Counted from the first letter of the stretch, positions 1-5,711 are shown. The stretch: DNA of 43,963 bases from Bacteroidota bacterium (GCA_052033485.1 JBPOJO010000287.1:1-43963), one strand, 5' to 3'. Notes: generated by a model from the letters alone, not told the origin. Numbers and translations: made by a program.

Positions 1-127
1 GTGCTGTACCAGTTGTTTTCGCCGCAAATGCAATCCGGGAGCCTTAGCTTTGCTTGTTTCTTGTGATAGTCAGTTATTAGCATGATGTTCAAGTAAAAAA
101 ATAAGATTAGAAATAAAATTTGATTTA
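1..127. repeat. Terminal direct repeat copy 1 (identical to 43837..43963). Closure overlap of a circular or terminally redundant genome.
   Basis: Bases 1-127 (gtgctgtaccag...aaatttgattta) recur exactly as the last 127 bases of the window. This length is typical of an assembler k-mer overlap. Confidence 0.9.
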
Positions 128-394
128 TTGATTGTCTTGAATGTAGCGTTCAGCGTCGAATCCGCTATAATTTGCTACAAATTTGATTGCCTCACAGAAG
201 AATTGATCTTCACTGAATAATTCTTGTGCGAGAGATGGACACCACATATCATCTCCTAGGAATCCTGCCTCTTTGATTTTTGCGAAATCTTCATTTGACA
301 TAATGGTATAGCCATCTAAGTCTATCTTTTGAGTTTGTTCTTCGATCGTGACCTTGTATTGGTTGCCGCCAAGTTTTTGGATTGTTGCTGTCAT
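125..394 (-). CDS. Hypothetical acidic protein (89 aa), first gene of the leftward operon
   Basis: ORF track. It sits directly downstream of the candidate leftward promoter. The protein is rich in D/E. Confidence 0.7.
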   Translation of the reverse strand: MTATIQKLGGNQYKVTIEEQTQKIDLDGYTIMSNEDFAKIKEAGFLGDDMWCPSLAQELFSEDQFFCEAIKFVANYSGFDAERYIQDNQ

Positions 395-427
395 GTAGTA
401 GGTGGGTTAAGTGATGATGACGAGATA

Positions 428-456
428 ATATTAGCTCGAAGTGTATTACACCGCAA
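428..456 (-). promoter_or_regulatory. Candidate leftward sigma70-type promoter (minus strand TTGCGG - 17 nt - TAATAT) with an operator palindrome in the spacer
   Basis: The reverse complement of 428..456 reads ttgcgg tgtaatacacttcgagc taatat. It lies about 30 nt upstream of the ATG at 394. Confidence 0.5.
441..451. promoter_or_regulatory. Operator-like palindrome GTGTA-T-TACAC (O1)
   Basis: Perfect 5+1+5 palindrome. The extended 14-mer gaagtgta(t/a)tacac recurs at 494..507. Confidence 0.55.
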
Positions 457-496
457 GTCTATTTTTCGCTTACGCTTGAAATATAGTAAAAAAGAA

Positions 497-507
497 GTGT
501 AATACAC
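497..507. promoter_or_regulatory. Operator-like palindrome GTGTA-A-TACAC (O2)
   Basis: Second copy of the same palindrome, 56 bp from O1. It overlaps a possible rightward TTGAAA (476-481) - 18 nt - TAATAC (500-505). Confidence 0.5.
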
Positions 508-578
508 TAACCAAACTGCTGTAAATATAAAATTTACGCAGTACATAACCAACTTAGTCAGTTTTAATGAAAAAGCTA

Positions 579-626
579 TTGCAATCTATTGTGGCCTAAT
601 GTAATATAGTCAGTGATTTAACAAAA
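579..626 (+). promoter_or_regulatory. Early rightward promoter 1: TTGCAA - 17 nt - TAATAT followed by the conserved leader GATTTAACAAAA
   Basis: -35 at 579-584, -10 at 602-607, conserved 12-mer at 615-626. The same architecture occurs at 5722..5768 and 10918..10963. Confidence 0.6.
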
Positions 627-739
627 ACACCATGAGCAATCAGATAGATAAGGCCCACAACTCAATAAGGCTCGCCCTTGGCCTTCCTGAATACCATGCC
701 ACTTTGACCTTTCAGGAAAAGGTTATGGTGTTTTTGTTA
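619..739 (+). repeat. 15-bp perfect inverted repeat (arms 619..633 and 725..739) enclosing the start codon of ORF 632..784
   Basis: taacaaaaacaccat pairs with atggtgtttttgtta. Arm 1 contains the leader and the AT of the ATG at 632. Confidence 0.7.
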
Positions 740-784
740 CTCACCCTTTTTATCCTTTCTGCATTTAGCGGATTTTTAGACTAA
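632..784 (+). CDS. Small protein (50 aa) with a hydrophobic C-terminus
   Basis: Hand translation: MSNQIDKAHNSIRLALGLPEYHATLTFQEKVMVFLLLTLFILSAFSGFLD. It follows promoter 1 and its leader, and its stop lies 2 nt before the next ATG. Confidence 0.45.
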   Translation: MSNQIDKAHNSIRLALGLPEYHATLTFQEKVMVFLLLTLFILSAFSGFLD

Positions 785-786
785 TT

Positions 787-1029
787 ATGAATTATAAAGC
801 CGCAAATATAGCCACACATATTATTGATTTGATGAATTCTGTTTGGTTCAAAATCAGTTGTCCTGAAAGTGTGGAGAAAGAAAGAATTCAGAACTTGAAA
901 AAACAAATTGGGAATTTCAATAAATCAGATTTGCGAGATTTTGACGACATCCTTAGTCAACTCCCGGAAATTGAAGAGGTAAAGCAAATAAAAGCGTTCT
1001 TAGATGAAACGTTTGGTCCCAAAGAATAA
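787..1029 (+). CDS. Hypothetical protein (80 aa)
   Basis: ORF track, in the early rightward operon. Confidence 0.65.
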   Translation: MNYKAANIATHIIDLMNSVWFKISCPESVEKERIQNLKKQIGNFNKSDLRDFDDILSQLPEIEEVKQIKAFLDETFGPKE

Positions 1030-1036
1030 AAACTGA

Positions 1037-1064
1037 GGGCTGGGGTCGCTTTTCTACCCAGCCC
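1037..1064 (+). terminator. GC-rich hairpin (gggctggg / cccagccc) after ORF 787..1029, with no clear U-tract
   Basis: 8-bp perfect stem and 12-nt loop, read by eye. Confidence 0.35.
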
Positions 1065-1094
1065 GAGAATAAAACTATTTTTACTCCATTTCAA

Positions 1095-1271
1095 ATGAAA
1101 CTTAAAAAAATAACCAGGAAAAGGCGTGCAATTAGAAGAAAGAAGCGAAAAGAGTTTTTAAGAAAATATGTAGACAATAAATGGCGAGTCAATCAACATA
1201 TGCTTTACGGATACAGTCTTTTAGGTCCAGAACATGAAAAAAAATATTTGATTCAAAACATTACAATATGA
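1095..1271 (+). CDS. Small, highly basic protein (58 aa)
   Basis: Hand translation: MKLKKITRKRRAIRRKKRKEF.... Its stop overlaps the next start (ATGA at 1268-1271). Confidence 0.45.
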   Translation: MKLKKITRKRRAIRRKKRKEFLRKYVDNKWRVNQHMLYGYSLLGPEHEKKYLIQNITI

Positions 1272-1444
1272 GCAGGAAACCATTTACACCATCGCAAAAA
1301 CTTAGATTAGCTTTAATGCGTTTTCACGAAATTGGAGGCTACAAAATGCCTTTTGAGCAATTTTATGAGGAAAAAATCAAAGAGTACTGCGACAAAATCG
1401 AACAAGAAGTATTTGAAATTGAAAATTTTCAACCACCTTTTTAA
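1268..1444 (+). CDS. Small hypothetical protein (58 aa)
   Basis: Hand translation: MSRKPFTPSQKLRLALMRFHEIGGYK.... Joined to the upstream ORF by an ATGA overlap. Confidence 0.45.
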   Translation: MSRKPFTPSQKLRLALMRFHEIGGYKMPFEQFYEEKIKEYCDKIEQEVFEIENFQPPF

Positions 1445-1455
1445 CAAAAATTCCC

Positions 1456-1728
1456 ATGATTAAATGCACGCTTTGCGATGTTTCATGCCACGATTCAAAA
1501 GACCTTTATTTACATAGAGGTTCAAACATTCATGAAACGCTCGTGGCACTTAAAAACCTTGAGGAAGCAAAAGAGAATTTAAAAATTGTTTTACAGTTAG
1601 AGTTTTTAAAGCTTTTGATTTCAGGAATAAAAGAACTTAAAAATGCAGTTCGGTTTTTTGTTCCTAAATTGCCAACAATTACAGCTTTTCTGCTGGCATT
1701 TTTTATTCTTTTAAGCATTTTAAAATGA
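1456..1728 (+). CDS. Classical C2H2 zinc-finger protein with a C-terminal transmembrane helix (90 aa)
   Basis: C-x2-C-x12-H-x5-H (CTLCDVSCHDSKDLYLHRGSNIH). The tail is hydrophobic (LPTITAFLLAFFILLSIL). Confidence 0.7.
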   Translation: MIKCTLCDVSCHDSKDLYLHRGSNIHETLVALKNLEEAKENLKIVLQLEFLKLLISGIKELKNAVRFFVPKLPTITAFLLAFFILLSILK

Positions 1729-2147
1729 AGAAAAACAAGAAAAATTCATATAAAATTTGCCCTGACTCATTGCAAAAAGGAATTTATCCGGGCATTTCAA
1801 TGAAGTGCAAATCAAGATACACAAACTCCGGTGGAATTCTAAAGAGAGGAATTGTTATTTCAGCTTTAACTCCTCAAGAGCAACAAATACTTAAAATTTG
1901 GCCCAAAAACGCCCCTTTTCCGCATGATTTGTTTGAAAACGGTTCAGTCTACGTTCCGTATATTCTAGGGGCTATAAACGCAAGTAATGAGGCCGGGCAA
2001 AATGAAGGTTTCCAAAAAGGAATCAATTTAACCGAAAAACAAGAGTTTTGGGGAATTATTGAAAAAGCTTATAAAACTTTGCGTGGGGTAGACTCAAACG
2101 GTTTTATCGCTTACTTAAAGGCTAGGCTTAAAGATTCTAATTTATAA
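1725..2147 (+). CDS. Hypothetical protein (140 aa)
   Basis: ORF track. ATGA overlap with the upstream gene. Confidence 0.7.
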   Translation: MKKNKKNSYKICPDSLQKGIYPGISMKCKSRYTNSGGILKRGIVISALTPQEQQILKIWPKNAPFPHDLFENGSVYVPYILGAINASNEAGQNEGFQKGINLTEKQEFWGIIEKAYKTLRGVDSNGFIAYLKARLKDSNL

Positions 2148-2151
2148 TTTT

Positions 2152-2244
2152 ATGGAAAATTCTTACGAAAGATGCCCTGAATGTGGGCAAACTGCTCAAC
2201 AAGGCCACCTTACAAAATGTCCTTTAACCGAAACACTTTTATGA
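2152..2244 (+). CDS. Tiny zinc-ribbon-like protein (30 aa)
   Basis: Hand translation: MENSYERCPECGQTAQQGHLTKCPLTETLL. ATGA overlap with the next gene. Confidence 0.35.
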   Translation: MENSYERCPECGQTAQQGHLTKCPLTETLL

Positions 2245-2498
2245 ATGAAAATAATGATGGGAGCGAAGTTGAGGAAACTTATATATTAAAAAATTGGCAA
2301 CAAATGATAGAAGAGTCAGACTTTTTCAAAAATAATAGTTGTAAATTTCAATTTACACTTTTTGTCGGGCAAATAATAAAAGATCAAATTGAAAAAGATG
2401 CAAAGATTATAGGAAATAAATATTTGACTGATGGATGCAATTGCTTGGAATGTTTGAGAATAAAAGAAGCACAGCAAAAAATCCTTACCCAAAAATAA
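2241..2498 (+). CDS. Hypothetical protein (85 aa, start trimmed to MNENNDG)
   Basis: Internal ATG of track ORF 2181..2498, coupled to the upstream stop. Has a C-terminal CNCLEC motif. Confidence 0.6.
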   Translation: MNENNDGSEVEETYILKNWQQMIEESDFFKNNSCKFQFTLFVGQIIKDQIEKDAKIIGNKYLTDGCNCLECLRIKEAQQKILTQK

Positions 2499-2500
2499 CT

Positions 2501-2746
2501 ATGAACCTAAATGAAGAGCAAATCCTGAAAAAATTACAAGAAAAAGCCAAAGAATTACTGGATCAAACTCAGGATTCTTTAAGAAGACAAGACATAAAAA
2601 ATATTCAAAACGCCATTCATGAAGCACTTTCCGGTGAAGCTTCTGAAAAATTTATTCAAAAAGTCTGCGAACGTATGGCAAAACGAATTCAGCACCTCAT
2701 GGATAATCCTGACAGTGCAGGGGAGCATGAAAAATATAGAACTTAA
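2501..2746 (+). CDS. Hypothetical protein (81 aa, start trimmed to MNLNEEQ)
   Basis: Internal ATG of track ORF 2435..2746, 2 nt after the upstream stop. Confidence 0.6.
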   Translation: MNLNEEQILKKLQEKAKELLDQTQDSLRRQDIKNIQNAIHEALSGEASEKFIQKVCERMAKRIQHLMDNPDSAGEHEKYRT

Positions 2747-2763
2747 TTTTTTATTTTTATAAA

Positions 2764-3012
2764 ATGAACGAAATCCCAGAATCAATAAAAGAAGCCATTA
2801 AAAAGATACAAATAAAAAATACATTCATGGCGAAAACCATAGTACGTCATAAACTAACTAACGACCATTTATTGATTCTTGAAGCTATTCAAGATCAAGA
2901 GGTGCAACGACTTTCCGGTGTTTCATTTAGGAATTTTTCAGGGTTCTACTATGTTAGAACTCCTCAATATTCAATTGAAAGAGTTTATGAGTGGGAATTG
3001 GAATTTATTTAA
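2764..3012 (+). CDS. Hypothetical protein (82 aa)
   Basis: ORF track. Confidence 0.65.
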   Translation: MNEIPESIKEAIKKIQIKNTFMAKTIVRHKLTNDHLLILEAIQDQEVQRLSGVSFRNFSGFYYVRTPQYSIERVYEWELEFI

Positions 3013-3024
3013 TAACTCAAAACT

Positions 3025-3174
3025 ATGAATGAAGAACAGCGCACATGCGCACATGAAAATTTGAAACTTGGAGCACAATGCCGGTGCATGGCTGGCCATA
3101 AAATTTATGAGTGCCAAAGCTGCAAGGTTAAAGTGGAAATTCCTTACTCTTTATTCAACTCAAATGCTAACTGA
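3025..3174 (+). CDS. Small Cys-rich (zinc-ribbon-like) protein (49 aa)
   Basis: Hand translation: MNEEQRTCAHENLKLGAQCRCMAGHKIYECQSCKVKVEIPYSLFNSNAN. Confidence 0.4.
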   Translation: MNEEQRTCAHENLKLGAQCRCMAGHKIYECQSCKVKVEIPYSLFNSNAN

Positions 3175-3463
3175 AGAACAAAAACAACTGCTTGAAAGTT
3201 TCAAAAAACAAGCTCAAGAAGTAAAAGATGATCCTGATGATAATGAAGGTAAATATTTTGTAGAATACACTGAAAGACTAATCGAAGCCGCTAGAGCCAA
3301 AGAGAGGCAAGGGATGATCAATAAATATAAATCTATTTGCACGCTTAAATATAATGGCGATGTGAAATATTTTAAGCCTGATCTTATTGAAGATTTTGAA
3401 GTTTGGGAAGACGTGTTGCCTCAAAAAATTTTAGATGTACTCCTTAACGAAACTGAAAAATGA
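3164..3463 (+). CDS. Hypothetical protein (99 aa, start trimmed to MLTEEQK)
   Basis: Internal ATG of track ORF 3068..3463, overlapping the end of the upstream small ORF. Confidence 0.6.
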   Translation: MLTEEQKQLLESFKKQAQEVKDDPDDNEGKYFVEYTERLIEAARAKERQGMINKYKSICTLKYNGDVKYFKPDLIEDFEVWEDVLPQKILDVLLNETEK

Positions 3464-3819
3464 AACTTGAAAATCAAGTATGCAATCTTGAATACGCTAT
3501 AAGGATAAAAGAATTTGGCATAAGAAAAGAAAGTTTGTTTGCATATTATGGAAATGCGGGGAATTGGCACGACACTATCGTTGAAATGGCTTATTATAAA
3601 GATGCTGATCAGGAATTTATTGAATGTAAGTTATTACCAGCGTATACGGTGGCAGAGCTTGGTGAAATGCTAACAGGCTTTGATTTTCCTTATTTTAATT
3701 TTGGAACTGGGTGGCAAATTAAACAGATTGAACACTATCACCGTCCAAAAAATGAAGCGGATGCGCGCGCAATGTTGCTCATTTATTTAATCAAAAACAA
3801 ACTTTATTCTTTCAATTAA
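3460..3819 (+). CDS. Phage ABA-sandwich-domain-like protein (119 aa)
   Basis: LPAYTVAELGEML ... NEADARAMLLIYLIKNKL resembles the recalled signature of that family. ATGA overlap upstream. Confidence 0.6.
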   Translation: MKLENQVCNLEYAIRIKEFGIRKESLFAYYGNAGNWHDTIVEMAYYKDADQEFIECKLLPAYTVAELGEMLTGFDFPYFNFGTGWQIKQIEHYHRPKNEADARAMLLIYLIKNKLYSFN

Positions 3820-3825
3820 GTTGAA

Positions 3826-4257
3826 ATGATGCCACTTTTTGCAGCAAGTAATAGCAAATTTGAAGCCGTGCAAAATCCTGAAGAAATAGAAAAAATAGGT
3901 AACTGTCCTAGATGTTCTTCACGTCTTTGGGTTAAAAATCTTAACACAAATTCTCTACATTGTCAGATTTGCGATACCATTATCGGAATTTCGCAAGGCT
4001 GGGATTGGTCAAACAGCAAGCCAAAAGATACCGACATGGGGAATACCCATGCCGAAGCCGGCCACCATCTTACTGATACCGATAGAATGGTTAACATAAA
4101 AGAACTTAGGAAATGCACTGTTTGCGAAAAAACGATTGAGAAAAAATCCTGGCGTTCATGGGCTGAATATAATAAAAAAAAGTTTTGCAGCTCAAAATGC
4201 GGCGCTATAAGCAAAAGAAAATTGAGCGGATGCGTCTGTAAATGTTGCACACATTAA
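3826..4257 (+). CDS. Multi-zinc-finger protein (143 aa)
   Basis: CPRCSSRLW...CQICD and CTVCEK...FCSSKCG motifs. Confidence 0.7.
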   Translation: MMPLFAASNSKFEAVQNPEEIEKIGNCPRCSSRLWVKNLNTNSLHCQICDTIIGISQGWDWSNSKPKDTDMGNTHAEAGHHLTDTDRMVNIKELRKCTVCEKTIEKKSWRSWAEYNKKKFCSSKCGAISKRKLSGCVCKCCTH

Positions 4258-4284
4258 AAAATCTTATTTTTTATAAAAAATAAA

Positions 4285-4446
4285 ATGAAAAAGTTTTTTT
4301 CGATATACCATGACAGTGAGTTTGAAATTTGCTCATGCCGATATTGCAGAAATTATTTAGGCTACCATGATTTCAATCAAGAACCTGAATGGAATACCAC
4401 ATGTTCAAAATGTAAATTAGAGCAAACTCACAGCGAAAAAGTATGA
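4285..4446 (+). CDS. Small zinc-ribbon protein (53 aa)
   Basis: Hand translation: MKKFFSIYHDSEFEICSCRYCRNYLGYHDFNQEPEWNTTCSKCKLEQTHSEKV. ATGA overlap with the MTase start. Confidence 0.45.
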   Translation: MKKFFSIYHDSEFEICSCRYCRNYLGYHDFNQEPEWNTTCSKCKLEQTHSEKV

Positions 4447-5156
4447 GACATATTAGCTTATTTTCAGGTATTGGAGGGTTTGACTTGGCCGCTGAATGGG
4501 TCGGCTGGGAAAATGTTGCACAGGTTGAAATCGATCCTTTTTGTTTAAAAGTTTTAGAAAAAAATTTCCCTAATACTAAACGCTATCATGACATTAAAGA
4601 CTTTAAAACCGCAGAATATAGCGGAACAATTGATGTTATTTCAGGAGGATTCCCATGTCAACCTTTCTCCCTTGCAGGAAAAAGAGCTGGGAAAAAAGAT
4701 GACCGTCACCTCTGGCCAGAAATGTTTAGAGTTATCTCCGAAATACGTCCACAGTGGGTCGTTGCTGAGAATGTGCCTGGAATCCTTAGTATTGAATACG
4801 GCTTGGTATTCGAGCAAGTGTGCATTGATTTGGAAAGTATCGGCTACGAAATACAATCGGTTATTATACCAGCTGCGGCCAGAAATGCGCCACATCAACG
4901 CAAAAGGTTGTGGTTTATTGCCAACGCCAAGGGCAAGGGATTGGAAAGGAATGACTCAACGCGGACACCACAAACCAAAAGACGGGCTCCCCAACATGAT
5001 TTCACATCAGACTGGATTAAAGTTGCATCCGAACTTTGTCGAGTGGATGATGGGGTACCCAAAAGACTGGACAAAAGTAACCGATTAAAAGCACTTGGCA
5101 ATGCTATCGTTCCTCAAATAGCCTATGAAATTTTTAACGCAATAAACAATGTCTGA
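4443..5156 (+). CDS. DNA (cytosine-5)-methyltransferase, compact (237 aa)
   Basis: Motif I FSGIGG, motif IV GGFPCQPFS, motif VI AENVPG, motif VIII QRKRLWFIA, motif X GNAIVPQ. Confidence 0.9.
   Translation: MRHISLFSGIGGFDLAAEWVGWENVAQVEIDPFCLKVLEKNFPNTKRYHDIKDFKTAEYSGTIDVISGGFPCQPFSLAGKRAGKKDDRHLWPEMFRVISEIRPQWVVAENVPGILSIEYGLVFEQVCIDLESIGYEIQSVIIPAAARNAPHQRKRLWFIANAKGKGLERNDSTRTPQTKRRAPQHDFTSDWIKVASELCRVDDGVPKRLDKSNRLKALGNAIVPQIAYEIFNAINNV
4588..5088 (+). CDS. Embedded +1-frame ORF (166 codons) inside the C5-MTase gene. Its translation carries PTPxAxDWKG and NPxFVEWMMGYPxxWT-type blocks. Candidate overprinted gene or recoding frame.
   Basis: ORF track, with the frame verified codon by codon. 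Motif order is EDSHV.., MTVTSGQKC, GSLLRMCLES, LIWKVSATKYNRLLYQL, GLLPTPRARDWKG, LHPNFVEWMMGYPKDWT. Confidence 0.4.
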   Translation: MTLKTLKPQNIAEQLMLFQEDSHVNLSPLQEKELGKKMTVTSGQKCLELSPKYVHSGSLLRMCLESLVLNTAWYSSKCALIWKVSATKYNRLLYQLRPEMRHINAKGCGLLPTPRARDWKGMTQRGHHKPKDGLPNMISHQTGLKLHPNFVEWMMGYPKDWTKVTD

Positions 5157-5544
5157 AAGCGCCATACAAAAAGATTGCATTGAATATATTCGCGCCATAG
5201 GTGGTTATGCCGTGCGTGTGAACTCAGGGGCCATGCAAAAAAAATACACGCCGAAAAACGGCAAAAACGCGGGAATTGAAAAGAATTACTGGATTGCTTT
5301 AGCTCCCGAGGGCACTCCTGATATTTTATCTTGTATCAATGGCCGCTTTGTAGCCATTGAAGTAAAAAAAGATGAGGATGAGTATCAGAAATGGGTTGAA
5401 AGTGAAGAAACAGATCGGCGCTCGAATGCGCAACACCATCAGCAAGCTAACATCCAAAAAGCAAAAGGCATTACCCTAGTAGTTTGGTCTGTCGAGCAGC
5501 TTGAAAACGATATCAATGAACTTAAAAACAACCGCGAACTATGA
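5149..5544 (+). CDS. VRR-NUC domain nuclease (131 aa)
   Basis: GTPDILSCINGRFVAIEVKK (D...ExK core). The start overlaps the MTase stop. Confidence 0.8.
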   Translation: MSESAIQKDCIEYIRAIGGYAVRVNSGAMQKKYTPKNGKNAGIEKNYWIALAPEGTPDILSCINGRFVAIEVKKDEDEYQKWVESEETDRRSNAQHHQQANIQKAKGITLVVWSVEQLENDINELKNNREL

Positions 5545-5711
5545 ATAATTGTACAAACTGCAAAGAAGAAATCAACAAAGGAGAGGAGTTTTATAAGCTT
5601 AAACAAGAGTCATTGCACCCTTTTTGTAATGATTGCGTGGATAAATCAAAAAGTTTTTTCAGAAAAAGCGAGGCTTCAAACATATTGCTCAAGCCAAAAA
5701 GAAGAAAATAA
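5541..5711 (+). CDS. Small zinc-ribbon protein (56 aa)
   Basis: Hand translation: MNNCTNCKEEINKGEEFYKLKQESLHPFCNDCVDKS.... ATGA overlap upstream. Confidence 0.45.
   Translation: MNNCTNCKEEINKGEEFYKLKQESLHPFCNDCVDKSKSFFRKSEASNILLKPKRRK

Noticed and set aside
1-127. The 127-bp terminal repeats as LTRs/IRs of a mobile element or as a true phage direct terminal repeat
   Set aside because: They are direct and exact, and they cut through an ORF. The k-mer-like length and the continuity of the leftward operon across the junction favour an assembly overlap of a circular sequence.
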